From Phycisphaerae bacterium (GTDB lineage Bacteria > Planctomycetota > Phycisphaerae > UBA1845), in the NCBI GenBank assembly GCA_963666835.2, contig CAXXGO010000006.1:544001-608000 (forward strand): DNA of 64,000 bases. Reading direction: 5' to 3'. The translations under genes and the position numbers were made by a program. A model generated the notes under the pieces. The model ran no database searches, was not told the origin of the DNA, and was given only the letters and a program-made list of their open reading frames with translations. Positions 38,799-49,886 of this stretch are shown piece after piece. Each line of letters opens with the position of its first letter. Position 1 is the stretch's first letter.

Positions 38799-41700
38799 CT
38801 ACTCTTCCAGCGGTTCGTCCGACGCGAGTTGTTCGGCCAGGGTTCGCTTTGGAGCGCCTTGGACTTTGCTGCGGCGAATGAACTTCTGGGCAAACAGGTT
38901 GTTGGGTACGGCGATCTTCTTGCCCTCCTCGGACCGCAGAGTCGTGAAAAGGAAGTTGATGTCAATCGCTTGGCCCTCCAGGCCTTCGGGTAGGACCTCG
39001 ACCCATTCTCCTACGTTGAAAGGTCGCCAGATAAGAATCACAAACGTCGCCAGGACGTTACTCAGAATACTCCAAACCGCGACGAACCCGATCGCAACCA
39101 TGGCTAGTACCGCGGTCAGAAACGTCCACAGGCTGTCCATCTGGAAGCCAGCTAAGGCCACGATTATCAAGACAACCAGCAGGGCGAGCACCCCGCGCGC
39201 CCAACGCCTTATTATGTTGACGGTGCTAATCGGAAGTCGTCCGGAGGCAAAGAGCGTGTACAGTGCGGCAAAGGCGACGCGGTCGATCATCAGGGCGACC
39301 ACGACCACCAAGGCGCCGAACCCGACCTTGCGCCACGCAAGCCACTCCGACCGGAACGGAATATCCCATGCCCAGAGAACGAGCACGACCGCCGCGGCCA
39401 GTCCCCCCAGACGCACCAGGGCTTTGAGCAGTTTGAACGAATACCGGGTGCGACCTTCGTCAAGGTCTCCCATTCCACCGCCGAACTCGGCCGGGGGCTC
39501 GTCGGAATTCTCCACGGGAAGGCCTACATGCCGGTCGATGACGTCGGCCAAATACTCCGTCGCAGCACCCAGAATAAGAACGATTCCCGTGGCCAGGAGC
39601 AGTCCGGTACCGACAAACGTCACCAGCGCCCCGAATCCCAGAAGCTGTAACAACAGGAGCAGGACGACGAGGATCAAGGCCAGCGGATAGACGATCCATG
39701 CGACCATCATGCCCCAGTGCCGCCGCCGCCCATCGCCAAGACCGAGCACCCGCTCTTTGCGAAGCAAAAAGAGCAGCAACAAGACCAGAAAGCACGCCTT
39801 GTACGTTTCCACAAGAACATCGTGAAGGGCCGGGGCTAAGCCGACCACGCGCAGCAGCAATGGTATCGGCAACGCCACCAGCGAGAGCACGACAAGCATC
39901 GACAGCCACCAGTGGTAATGCCGGGCGACGGGATCGCTGCAAGGAATGGGCCGATGGACCGGGCTGTGGGCCTCGAACAGATGATGCACCAATCGAAGCG
40001 CCGTTATCGCCGCGGCAATTGCGGCGAAGAAAGCCAGCATCCCCATCCACAGAAGGTCATGGCCCAGCACGCGCCACGCCCCGAATACGAGGGCGGATGC
40101 CAGCAGGAGCGGAATCGCCAAATCACCGACCATGTTAAGAGCCATCAGGTTGACACGCATGCTCAAACCGGAGCCGACCGGCGCGCCGTCCGGACGGTTC
40201 TCGCTTTGAACCACAATGTCACGTGCCAGGCGGACGCCTCTTCGCCGGGCGACGCGAAAGAGCAGGAACCCGAGTGCCAGCGACGCGACAATGGCCGACG
40301 CCACCCAGACCCAGTCTCCTGCGGAGGCGGCGGCCAGATCCGCCCGCCCCCCGCGCGCCAGCGCCTGCAACACCTCGCCGTTTTCGACGTCATCGCCAAA
40401 CAGCTCTTCGTGAAAGAGCTCCCGAGCATTCTGCTCCACGTCGGTTTGTAGCTCAGGCTCCGGGGGACGCGCCAGAGCAGCCAGTTCCACCCAGGCTGCC
40501 GACCAGCCTATCCCCATTAGACCGGGATCACGGCTCGTGATGCGCTTCCACCGTAACTGCTGGCCGATGTTCTGCAGGTAGAGTTCGTGCTGCTCGAGAC
40601 CGGAGAGTGCGTCGTTGAGTCGGCCGGCCACGTCCTCCCAGGTCTTAATGGCATCGCGCATTGACTCCTCGAGGCTTGCGCGCAGGTTTGCCACTTCCGC
40701 GTCACGCGGAGCCCTTTCCTGCACATCCAAAGCGGCAAGCTCCGCGGTCAGCCGATCCGTAAGGGAGGAGAATCGTTTTCGCACGTTTTCGCGCACAAGT
40801 TGCAGGTCCTGGGATTCGTCCATGGTGCGAGCGAGTCGCGCGCGGACCATGGCCGGATTGGTGGCGAACTCGGCCCGTTCCGCTTCAAGCTGTCGCTGAA
40901 GCTCGGCAGCCTCTTCGCCGCTGCAGTATCCCAGGGATCTCATCGTGCGATCCCAATAGGTCTTCGAAAGCGCGATTCGTTCAGTAATACGCTCGAGAGC
41001 CCGCTGTGGGAAACGGCGTTGAAGGGCCTCGAGCTCTTCCGGTCGCTGGAAGTAGTGGACCCGGGCCTTCTCTCCGAGCAGTTGCAGATCCAGCAGGGTC
41101 GATTGGATCGGGTCCGTGGTTTGGGCTCGCTCCATTTCCAGGTTCGCGAGCCGGCTTCGGCTTCGGGCCTCGCCGAGCGCTGTGATCCGCCGGTTCAGGG
41201 CTTGCAGTTTCCGGCGGCTGGTCTCCAGTAGGAGCTTGTCCTGTTTACTCAGGAGTTCCGCCTCCTGCCGCTCCATGGGCAGAGTTTCCAACGCCAGCTC
41301 GGCCGTGGCCGATTGCACGTCGAGCCGTTCGCGTTCAAGAAGCAGTCGTCGTTGCTTATCCGGGGCGGCGGCCGCGTGATTGGCATCTGCCCGTTTCCTA
41401 AGTTCTTCCCTCTCCGCGCGCAGCCGGGCCAACTCTGCTTCGAGCTGCTCTTGTTGTTGCCCCAGGCCGCCGGTCAACATTTGCAGCCGGCGAGCCTGGG
41501 TATCCGACAATGTTGCGACCTGAACTTCGAGGTTACCGACTTGGGTGGTAAGCTCTTGGGTTTGCACGTCTCCCGCTGTATCCGGGTCGACTGCTTCGTT
41601 CAGCTTGTCCGTATCGCGTTGGAGTTGCGCCAGCTTCTCGTTCGTCGCCGCCAGATACTCCTCACTCGTCAAGTTCGCGATGCTGGTTCGCAAAGGCCCG

Positions 41701-42008
41701 GAGCGCCCGAGTTGGTTGGCGTACCCCTCCCACGCGCGATACGCGGATTCCTGCAGAGCGCGGACGGCAGTGGCGTTCTCGTCAGCGGGGTCGGGAGGGT
41801 CCCCGGCCAGGAGCGGTCCCAGCTCCGCCATCCGCTGCTGGGCTTGGGCGATGCGGTCGGCGACGTCCTGTTCCGAACGCGGAACTTGTCGCAGAAGCGC
41901 CTCGGAGTACGGCGGCACGGGCGAACCCCCATTCAGCGGTTTCGGCTCCGCCTGCCCGGCGGCCGTAAAAGCCAGTAACGCCCCGACCAGAAAGTTCTGC
42001 AACACCAT
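38799..42008 (-). CDS. Large mechanosensitive channel (MscS/MscK-like) with periplasmic coiled coil
   Basis: Signal peptide, about 500-aa coiled coil, many TMs, C-terminal RPFNVGEWVE...INFLFTTL...VPNN. Confidence 0.88.
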   Translation of the reverse strand: MVLQNFLVGALLAFTAAGQAEPKPLNGGSPVPPYSEALLRQVPRSEQDVADRIAQAQQRMAELGPLLAGDPPDPADENATAVRALQESAYRAWEGYANQLGRSGPLRTSIANLTSEEYLAATNEKLAQLQRDTDKLNEAVDPDTAGDVQTQELTTQVGNLEVQVATLSDTQARRLQMLTGGLGQQQEQLEAELARLRAEREELRKRADANHAAAAPDKQRRLLLERERLDVQSATAELALETLPMERQEAELLSKQDKLLLETSRRKLQALNRRITALGEARSRSRLANLEMERAQTTDPIQSTLLDLQLLGEKARVHYFQRPEELEALQRRFPQRALERITERIALSKTYWDRTMRSLGYCSGEEAAELQRQLEAERAEFATNPAMVRARLARTMDESQDLQLVRENVRKRFSSLTDRLTAELAALDVQERAPRDAEVANLRASLEESMRDAIKTWEDVAGRLNDALSGLEQHELYLQNIGQQLRWKRITSRDPGLMGIGWSAAWVELAALARPPEPELQTDVEQNARELFHEELFGDDVENGEVLQALARGGRADLAAASAGDWVWVASAIVASLALGFLLFRVARRRGVRLARDIVVQSENRPDGAPVGSGLSMRVNLMALNMVGDLAIPLLLASALVFGAWRVLGHDLLWMGMLAFFAAIAAAITALRLVHHLFEAHSPVHRPIPCSDPVARHYHWWLSMLVVLSLVALPIPLLLRVVGLAPALHDVLVETYKACFLVLLLLFLLRKERVLGLGDGRRRHWGMMVAWIVYPLALILVVLLLLLQLLGFGALVTFVGTGLLLATGIVLILGAATEYLADVIDRHVGLPVENSDEPPAEFGGGMGDLDEGRTRYSFKLLKALVRLGGLAAAVVLVLWAWDIPFRSEWLAWRKVGFGALVVVVALMIDRVAFAALYTLFASGRLPISTVNIIRRWARGVLALLVVLIIVALAGFQMDSLWTFLTAVLAMVAIGFVAVWSILSNVLATFVILIWRPFNVGEWVEVLPEGLEGQAIDINFLFTTLRSEEGKKIAVPNNLFAQKFIRRSKVQGAPKRTLAEQLASDEPLEE

Positions 42009-42019
42009 GGCACCTCCCT

Positions 42020-42043
42020 AAAATGGGGACAGTCACCTATTTT
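42020..42043. repeat. Solitary copy of the E1-E3 terminal REP
   Basis: AAAATGGGGACAGTCACCTATTTT, immediately upstream of the MscS RBS. Confidence 0.75.
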
Positions 42044-42465
42044 CGTCGGGCCTCATTCGTCACTGCCACGCCGGGCATACCGACGCCCGTGCGGCATCGT
42101 AGCTGATTCCCGAATCGTTGCGAAACGCATGATAAGCGGTCTCGGGGGACCGGTCGAGATGCGGGATCTGCCACGACACACGGGCGAGTACTAAGGCGTT
42201 CGGGACACTCGTCTGCTCCGTCCGCAGACGAAGTACGTCTCGTGTCTCGACGCTGGTCCGCTGAGCTGCCGGTGTCGCAGGAGCGACTCACTGCGGATCA
42301 TCGATTCTCCGCCTCCCGAGGCGGCAGGCCACCGGGCGGGACTGCGAATCCGCGAGACCCGAGCACGTTGCCGGCTTTCGGCCGTAGTGCCGACCTTGTT
42401 GCACTGGTGGTCGAACCGCCGACACTGGACGCCGGCCCGGCGTCGGGTGTTCGGGGGAGAGCCTG

Positions 42466-43728
42466 CTAATCACATGGATCCAGATCCGACACATCGATAC
42501 CGGCTAAACCTACGGCGGAAGCGTCCTCGTGGATCGCATTACTGATCCAGAGACAACCGGCAGCGTATTCATCACCCCACCGGCTCACCATCACCTCGGA
42601 AGTGCCTACGTCAAGTGCGGTTTCGTTGACCGAGTTAATCCACGCGCTCTCGACGCTGTCGATCTCCGCCCCGGGATCGAGGCCGGTACTGTACCAGCCG
42701 TCGGTCTCGACACCGTCGGTCGAGGGATTGTCTTTGATAACGTGCCACCAGATGGCGATAGTGCCGGTTCCGACGTTCTTGAAGTGGATCTTCGCCAGGC
42801 ACGACTCGTTGCCCGCACTTCCTGAGTAACGCGGCGGGTTCTCGGCGGTTATCTCGACCCACGTCGAGGCGTCGCATGCATCGGCCGAGAAGTTGCCGTC
42901 GCCGTCCGGATCACGGGAATCGATCGGATCTTCATTGTCTTCGTCATCGACATCGTCGCTGCTGGTGTTGTCATTGACGTTATCGTTGGTCGTATCATCG
43001 TTGGCGCTGTCATCCGCGTTGTCGTTATCGTCGTCGTCATTCCCGTTGTCGGATGTGTTATCGTTGTCATTGTCGTTCTGGTTCGTGTTGCCGTCGCCGT
43101 CCGTCTCGTCGAAGCGAACCTGCAGACCGTCGATCAGAACCCGCCCGGTTTGTTTGCCCGTGACCCTCAGGCACAAGTTGAACAGACCCGCTCGCACGGA
43201 TTCCAGCAGGGAGTCCTGGATCTGCATTTCGCTGTCATTCAAGTAGGTCACGTTGTTGCCAAAGCACATGACTTCATAGGTGCCGACCCACACCCCGTCC
43301 TCGCAGGGATTCTCCATGCCCGTGTCACCGATGAAAACGTCAATCAACACCAGAAGATCCGCGGTGCCGTCCTCCCCCTCGTCCCGCTCTCCGGCCGCGG
43401 TGGCCGTCGGCTGCCATTTGCCGGACGTGTCGTTGGGGATGAACTCGACACTCTCAGCGTTGAGAATCAAAGTTGCACCAAGTGGCTCGTCTTCGGGAGC
43501 CTCCGAGAACAGCTGCACGGCGAAAGACTTCTCCACGCCCGGTCCGTCGGCTGCCACGTCGAAGATGCCGTTCCCGCCCAGGGTAATCGAGAAGGTCGCT
43601 CCTCCGATCGTGAATCCTACGGTGGCCCCGCCGTCATCATTCGTCGTGACCGTTACCGTGCATGCGGCTATCAGGCCGACGCCCATGACCACGAGGACTC
43701 CGTAGCTGAGTTTCATGTTGCTGCGCAT
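42466..43728 (-). CDS. Hypothetical lipoprotein with Asp/Asn-rich low-complexity linker
   Basis: Lipobox-like LIAAC, RBS GGGAG, tract NTNQNDNDNDN...NDNVNDN. Start moved to ATG 43728. Confidence 0.7.
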   Translation of the reverse strand: MRSNMKLSYGVLVVMGVGLIAACTVTVTTNDDGGATVGFTIGGATFSITLGGNGIFDVAADGPGVEKSFAVQLFSEAPEDEPLGATLILNAESVEFIPNDTSGKWQPTATAAGERDEGEDGTADLLVLIDVFIGDTGMENPCEDGVWVGTYEVMCFGNNVTYLNDSEMQIQDSLLESVRAGLFNLCLRVTGKQTGRVLIDGLQVRFDETDGDGNTNQNDNDNDNTSDNGNDDDDNDNADDSANDDTTNDNVNDNTSSDDVDDEDNEDPIDSRDPDGDGNFSADACDASTWVEITAENPPRYSGSAGNESCLAKIHFKNVGTGTIAIWWHVIKDNPSTDGVETDGWYSTGLDPGAEIDSVESAWINSVNETALDVGTSEVMVSRWGDEYAAGCLWISNAIHEDASAVGLAGIDVSDLDPCD

Positions 43729-44178
43729 GTTCGTGTTCTCCCAGCGTCTCAACGCGCGACCTACCCAAAGGACGAATTCGGCAACGGCGGCCAAACCCAA
43801 CCGGGCGTAGGAACGCCCGGTCGCTCCGGGCGAGGGGCGCATGGCCACTGCACGATTCTCCGGCAGCGTACCTCGACAGATCGCCGTCTTCAAGCGATAT
43901 TCGCTTACTGACGGAAGTAAGCCGTACACCCGCGAACGGTGCCCCAGCGACGGTTCACAATTGTGCCGCCACGCGCTCCGAGGCCTCCCGGTACGGGCGA
44001 GAGGTTCAGCTCGGCGCCCGGACCGTTCTCTGAAACGGGAGCTTCCGGCTGGACGGGTTGAGCGTAGTCCGCCGGGACGGACTGGATCGAAGCAAGTGAT
44101 GCGGAAGGCCAGCGCGTCAACAGGCGTGCGCACAATCATCCGAGGCGCACGCCTGAAGACCGTTTCTCTCGGTACGAA

Positions 44179-46068
44179 TCAGAAGTCCTGCAACTCTCTC
44201 TCCGGTATCGAGGCGAACTCATCCGATGAATAGCCGGCTTCTCTTTGCTCAGTTTCAAGGTGGCCGCCTACCGGGGCGCCCCCAAGGGCGGCTACTGCGG
44301 TCCTCTTCTTGGCGTTGCGCCTGGATGTTGTCTGCAAACTGACTGACGTGTTTGCTTTGGCTCCTCTGACAATGCCGATGAGTTCGCCCACGATTGCCTT
44401 GACGGAGCCAGCCTGAGCGCTGAGCTCCTCGGCGGCACTGGCCGATTCCTCAGCCCCAGCGGCGTTTTGCTGAGTGACCTTGTCCATCTGAGAGACGGCC
44501 GTGTTGACTTGATCCACCCCCTGAGCCTGTTCCTCGCTGGCCGTGGCAATGCCCTCAATCAACTCGCTGACTTTGGCGACGCCGCCCACGATCGCCTCCA
44601 TTGCGTTGGTACCCTCGCGCGCCCTACTGACGGAATCCTCGATAAGACCGGTGATTTCTCGAGACGCCGCGGCTGCCCGCTGGGCTAAGTTGCGAACCTC
44701 ATCCGCTACGACGGCAAAGCCCTTGCCGTGTTCCCCGGCGCGGGCCGCCTCAACCGCCGCGTTCAACGCCAGCAGATTCGTCTGGAACGCGATCTCCTCG
44801 ATCACCTTGATGATCTTGTTAATCTGGCCCGACGACTCCGAAATCGCTCCCATCGTCTCATTCCCGCTACTGGCGTCCCGGTGAGATTGCGCAGAGAGTT
44901 CGTTGGCCTCCTGAGCTCTGGACGCGTTCGTTCGCGTCATTGCGGTTATCTCCTCCAAAGCGCTGGAAGTCTCTTCCAAGGAGGACGCCTGTTCACTGGC
45001 GCCGGCGGCCAACTGCTGCGAGGCGGTCGATACCTGTTCGGCGGCGTCGTTAACTTGATCCGCTCCGTCGTTCAGCCCGTTGATGATTCGATTAATAGGT
45101 CCTGTGATCGAGCGGGCGAGGAGCAGGGCGAGGATGATCCCGAAAACAATCGCGCCTGCGGAGACACTCATGACTGTCTTGACTGCTCGTTCATTTGAGG
45201 CCTGCAGTCGTGGACCCAACGCGTCCTGGTCCGTCTTGACGGAGAGTTTCACTCCCTCAACCTCCTCGGCGATTTCCGGACCGAGCCTATCCAGCTTATC
45301 CTCAATGAGTTTGTTTCGCGCATTGATGGTTGCGACCAGTTCATTGAACGTATGAGAGTAGGTCTTTTGGGCGTCTACGACCGTAGCCAGCATTCCGCGC
45401 CGCTCGGAGTTTTCGAGGTTTTCATTTAAGATGGTGAGGTTTGCGGCCATCGTCTCTAGTTCCTTATTCACTCTCTCGACCGCCGATGGATCGTTGGTGT
45501 CGAGGAACTTTGCCATATACAGCCGCGCCAGCATCATGTGCCTCATGGCAATGCCGCTCAAATAGGCTGCCGCCAAGTCCTCGTCTTCGTGTGCGGATGT
45601 CATGATGCCGGTCAAATTGTCCTCCATAAGCGGTCCTTTGACATTGAGAACATCGTTGACAAGCGTGTCCCGCTCGGCCATGTACTGTTTGACCTGCTCG
45701 AAAGCTGCGCCGTATTGATCCACCATGTCCTCTGCAGAATCGACCAGGGCCGCCCGCTCGGGTTTCTGGATTTCCGTTTGGGCTTCCGCCATGAACCCCG
45801 CCATCTTTTCGAAATACTCGTCGTACTGTTGTATGTCCTTGTCAGCGCCTGTTATGAGAAAGTCCTTGACGTTCATTCGAACCATGAGCATATTCGCCTG
45901 CAAGCGCCCGCTGAGGTTTGCATCGCGCGCCAGACCGCGATACTCCACAAACCCGTCCTGCGCTTCGTTTAGAGCATTCCAGGATACGACGGATCCGGCA
46001 ACAAGCAAAACCAAGATACAGGCGAAACCTGCGAAGATCTTCATACCTAGCCCGAGGTTCTTCAGCAT
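44179..46068 (-). CDS. Methyl-accepting chemotaxis protein
   Basis: TM-helical sensor-TM, then [40 protein letters not shown]-terminal pentapeptide-like ELQDF. Confidence 0.95.
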   Translation of the reverse strand: MLKNLGLGMKIFAGFACILVLLVAGSVVSWNALNEAQDGFVEYRGLARDANLSGRLQANMLMVRMNVKDFLITGADKDIQQYDEYFEKMAGFMAEAQTEIQKPERAALVDSAEDMVDQYGAAFEQVKQYMAERDTLVNDVLNVKGPLMEDNLTGIMTSAHEDEDLAAAYLSGIAMRHMMLARLYMAKFLDTNDPSAVERVNKELETMAANLTILNENLENSERRGMLATVVDAQKTYSHTFNELVATINARNKLIEDKLDRLGPEIAEEVEGVKLSVKTDQDALGPRLQASNERAVKTVMSVSAGAIVFGIILALLLARSITGPINRIINGLNDGADQVNDAAEQVSTASQQLAAGASEQASSLEETSSALEEITAMTRTNASRAQEANELSAQSHRDASSGNETMGAISESSGQINKIIKVIEEIAFQTNLLALNAAVEAARAGEHGKGFAVVADEVRNLAQRAAAASREITGLIEDSVSRAREGTNAMEAIVGGVAKVSELIEGIATASEEQAQGVDQVNTAVSQMDKVTQQNAAGAEESASAAEELSAQAGSVKAIVGELIGIVRGAKANTSVSLQTTSRRNAKKRTAVAALGGAPVGGHLETEQREAGYSSDEFASIPERELQDF

Positions 46069-46900
46069 CGTCAGTAGCTCCCAGAAAGGTCCGGTCGGAC
46101 AGCGTGCGCCGGCCGGTATATGTGAAACGGACAGGCCTTTACAAAACAAGTCACCTAGATAGCTGCAATGGTCGTGCAGGCAGCCGGCAGAACACCGCGG
46201 GAGTTGTCTTATGGCGGCTTCTGCAACGTACTACCCAGCATTTGATTTGATCGGTATCAGCACAGGGAGGCTACAGTAAATGGCGGGCAAAATAATCCAG
46301 ATTAGTGCAACACTGCTTGGGGAAATTGGGAGAAGGCCAGTCTCGCAATAGCCTGGCCGAATAGGAGCTCGCCGTCGACGATCGGGTCTGTATATCCGGC
46401 GTTTTGGTTAGGGGGAACCCTACACCGCAAGGCCGCTCGTTCGACAAGGGTCTTCGGGTTTTTCCCAGCGCGTCAGTCGACGTTGACTTGGTTGCATGGC
46501 AAGACGTGGGGAATTCGGGTTCCAGCGAGCAGGGCTTGGCCACCACGACTCCATTCTACTGGCAGGACAGCTAAACACCTGACATGTCGAAGGCGACGGA
46601 CACCACCGACCGAATTCACGCCCGGGGATCGGTTGCCCGAGACGGCAGCCGGTCGGCCAGTGGAGACGGTCTGTACTAGGCCTGTGTGGTACCGCCCGGA
46701 CGTTTGACTTGCGACATCCAAGCATGATCGGGACGTTCGATGTTATCGGATGGTCGGTTTACCATCGGCATCCGCTGCTGCTGTCTGGAGAAGATAGGCA
46801 CTTTACAAAATAACAGTAAAACTACTTGGATCCGACGGCCGCGGGTGATACACTGAGGGGTTTGCACACCGTCCCAATAAGAGGAGGAGGTGAGGAGACG

Positions 46901-49630
46901 ATGCGCCAATTGGTTTTAATTGCTCTGACCGTTCTGGCAATCACGCCGTGGAGTGTTGCCCAGCAGGCCAAGACGGTTCCCCAGGATGTGCTGGATCGCA
47001 TCGTCGATAACGATCCGAACCCACTTCCGAAGTACCTGACGCCCGCGGAGCGGCTGATCCCGCGGAAGACCCGCACTGCTCTCGAGGTGCTGCAAACGAC
47101 GGCGCCCCCGACGGGAACGGTACATACCCCGGCGGAGTACGAGCTGAACGAGGGGTTGCTGATCAGTTGGGGGTCGTACAACGACGTGCTGACGGCCATG
47201 ACGGTCGGGGTGACCACGGGCGACCCGGACGGCATCATGTACATCCTGGTCAGCGGGGCGTCGGAACAGAGTAGCGCGACCAGCACGCTGACGTCGGCCG
47301 GGGCGGACATGAGCCAGGTGAGTTTCATCACGTACTCGACCAACACCGTCTGGATACGCGACTACGGTCCGCGTTTCATCTTCGAGGACGGAGTGCGGGC
47401 GATAGTCGATCACGACTACAACCGCCCGCGGCCGTCGGATGACGCGTTCCCGGCGTTTTTGAGTTCGCAGTGGGGCGAGCCGTTGTACGACATTGGTCTG
47501 ACCCACGGAGGCGGCAACTTCCATCTGTTCGCCACCGGTGACGCCTTCATGACAGACCTGATTCTGGACGAGAACTCCGGCTGGACGGAATCGCAGGTTC
47601 AAGACCGGTACGCGGATTACCAGAATCTCGATTTGACGATATACCCCGGCTTCCCCACCAGTTTCGATTCGACTCAGCACATCGACATGTGGATGCTCCC
47701 GGTTGGGGACGACGAGGTAATCATCGGGCAGTATTCGAGTTCTGCGGGTCAGCCGTACACGATTACGGAAAACGCGGTAACGGATCTCACGTCGCGCGGG
47801 TACACGGTTCACCGCACGCCGGGCTGGAACTCGGGCGGGACTCACTACACTTACACGAATGCGGTGATCTTCAACGATATCGTGTTTGTGCCGCGCTTCG
47901 GCGGCTCGTACACGACCCCGGACGCCCAGGCTTTGACGGTATTCGAGACCGCGTTCCCCGCGCCGCAGTATCAGGTTATCCAGGTGGATTGTTCGAGCAT
48001 CATCCACGCGGCCGGGGCGATGCACTGCATCGTAATGCACGTGCCGGCGTACGCGGACCCGATTCCGGTCGTCAAGGTGGTTTCTCCGAACGGGGGCGAG
48101 TACCGGACGGTGGGTCAGGAGTATGACATCACGTGGACGGCGCACGATGACGTCGGGATCACCGGGGTGGACCTGTATTATTCGACGGACGGTGGGGCGA
48201 CTTACCCTCACGTTATCGCCCTGGGCGAGCCGGACGATGGATCGTTTACGTGGCTGGTGCCGAATACCCCATCTACGGAGTGCCGGGTCCGGATCGTGGC
48301 ACATGATGCGGACACCAACTCCGGCGAGGACGTTTCCGACGCTGACTTCGAGATCACGCTATACGGCCCGCAGTTGTTCTACGATTTCCCGATGGATACC
48401 AATCCCGGGTGGACCACGCAGGGGCAATGGGCTTTCGGCAAGGCCACCGGCGGAGGGGGAGCCAACGGCGGTCCCGATCCCACGATGGGGAGCACGGGGA
48501 ACAATGTGTACGGATACAACCTCACCGGCGACTATGCCAACGGCATGCCGGAGTATCATCTGACCAGCACCGCTCTGGATTGCACCGGACTGGAGGACGT
48601 CCACCTGGTCTTCCAGCGGTGGCTGGGCGTTGAGACTTCGACCTACGACCACGCGTACGTGCGGGTGAGCAACAACGGCACGGCGTGGACCACCGTGTGG
48701 GAGAACACGGGCGAGGTCGCCGACACCGCGTGGATAGAGATGGACCTGGACATTTCCGCGGTGGCCGATGACCAGTCGACCGTGTATCTGCGTTGGACGA
48801 TGGGTATCAGCGACAGTTGGGAGGTGTATTGCGGTTGGAATATCGACGACGTCGAGATTTGGGCGATCGGCGATCCCGTGGACTGCAACGCCAACGGCAT
48901 CCCGGACAACCTGGACATCGCGCAAGGGACCAGCGAAGACTGCAACGTCAACGAAGTACCCGATGAGTGTGATATTGCCGAAGGGACCAGCACGGACTTG
49001 AACGGCAACACCGTCCCCGATGAATGTGAAGTCAGTGCACCGCTGGCGGCTTCCTGGCCGTACGGTTTCGGCAAGAACCGGTACATATCGCTGGCGCCGA
49101 ACAACAGCGGCGGGGTAAGCGTTGCCTTGCAGATCGAGTTGGAATCCAGTGTGTTCTTCCCGGATTCGGCCGGGCTGCTGGGATGGATCGGGGAGCCGGA
49201 CGGCGAGGGTATCAGCCGGATAACGACCACGCCGTTCTATACCGACGGCTGGCCCGCGATCGTTCATGTTGGAGACTGCTGGATAGTGCCGGCAGCGACC
49301 TATCATGTTCGGGCGACCGCGGATGAGGCCGTTTTTTCCGAAGATCTCGAACTTGATACTGTCTCGCAACCGTCGCCCAAGTACTGGTGCGACGCGGTGG
49401 GCAGTTACATCGGTGATGAATGGACGGGGCCGAACGGGGTGGTGAGCATGGATGACATCATGGCCACCATCCAGATGTTCCAGGCCTCGCCGAGCGCGCC
49501 GCCGCTTGTTTGGGTTGACGTTGATCCGCAGGTCCCCAACAAGGTGGTCAACATGACCGACGTCATGCAGATGGTGGGTGGATTCAAGGGTCTGCCTTAC
49601 CCGTTCAGCGCTCCGGCGGATTGCCCGTAG
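46901..49630 (+). CDS. Secreted agmatine/peptidylarginine deiminase (PPAD family) with Ig-like, beta-sandwich and shared C-terminal domain
   Basis: Strong RBS, signal peptide, PAEYE, WIRDYGP, GGN, HIDMW, YTN, GAMHC; SPNGGE Ig-like domain; ends YPFSAPADCP*. Confidence 0.88.
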   Translation: MRQLVLIALTVLAITPWSVAQQAKTVPQDVLDRIVDNDPNPLPKYLTPAERLIPRKTRTALEVLQTTAPPTGTVHTPAEYELNEGLLISWGSYNDVLTAMTVGVTTGDPDGIMYILVSGASEQSSATSTLTSAGADMSQVSFITYSTNTVWIRDYGPRFIFEDGVRAIVDHDYNRPRPSDDAFPAFLSSQWGEPLYDIGLTHGGGNFHLFATGDAFMTDLILDENSGWTESQVQDRYADYQNLDLTIYPGFPTSFDSTQHIDMWMLPVGDDEVIIGQYSSSAGQPYTITENAVTDLTSRGYTVHRTPGWNSGGTHYTYTNAVIFNDIVFVPRFGGSYTTPDAQALTVFETAFPAPQYQVIQVDCSSIIHAAGAMHCIVMHVPAYADPIPVVKVVSPNGGEYRTVGQEYDITWTAHDDVGITGVDLYYSTDGGATYPHVIALGEPDDGSFTWLVPNTPSTECRVRIVAHDADTNSGEDVSDADFEITLYGPQLFYDFPMDTNPGWTTQGQWAFGKATGGGGANGGPDPTMGSTGNNVYGYNLTGDYANGMPEYHLTSTALDCTGLEDVHLVFQRWLGVETSTYDHAYVRVSNNGTAWTTVWENTGEVADTAWIEMDLDISAVADDQSTVYLRWTMGISDSWEVYCGWNIDDVEIWAIGDPVDCNANGIPDNLDIAQGTSEDCNVNEVPDECDIAEGTSTDLNGNTVPDECEVSAPLAASWPYGFGKNRYISLAPNNSGGVSVALQIELESSVFFPDSAGLLGWIGEPDGEGISRITTTPFYTDGWPAIVHVGDCWIVPAATYHVRATADEAVFSEDLELDTVSQPSPKYWCDAVGSYIGDEWTGPNGVVSMDDIMATIQMFQASPSAPPLVWVDVDPQVPNKVVNMTDVMQMVGGFKGLPYPFSAPADCP

Positions 49631-49886
49631 CTTACGGGTAGATGAAGGGAACCGGCAACGAGTCGATTCCCGCTCGCAGTAGCAAGCGAAGCCTTCCGCG
49701 AGATGCTCGTGTTTCTTTCGGCGGGCCGTCGTAGGAAGAAGGCGGCGAAGCAGGGAGCGCCGCGTATCGGAGTCGTGCGGGTGCGCGTGCAGAGTCACCC
49801 GTACCGGGCGTTTGTGGAAGTCGGCGTATGCCCGCGCCGGAGAGCAAGCCGTCGTATGTTATTCATGCGGCATAGGAGAGAGTCCG

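Noticed and set aside
46070..46900. Riboswitch (e.g. c-di-GMP) or sRNA between the MCP and the peptidase array
   Set aside because: No recognisable consensus by eye; an Rfam/Infernal scan would be needed.
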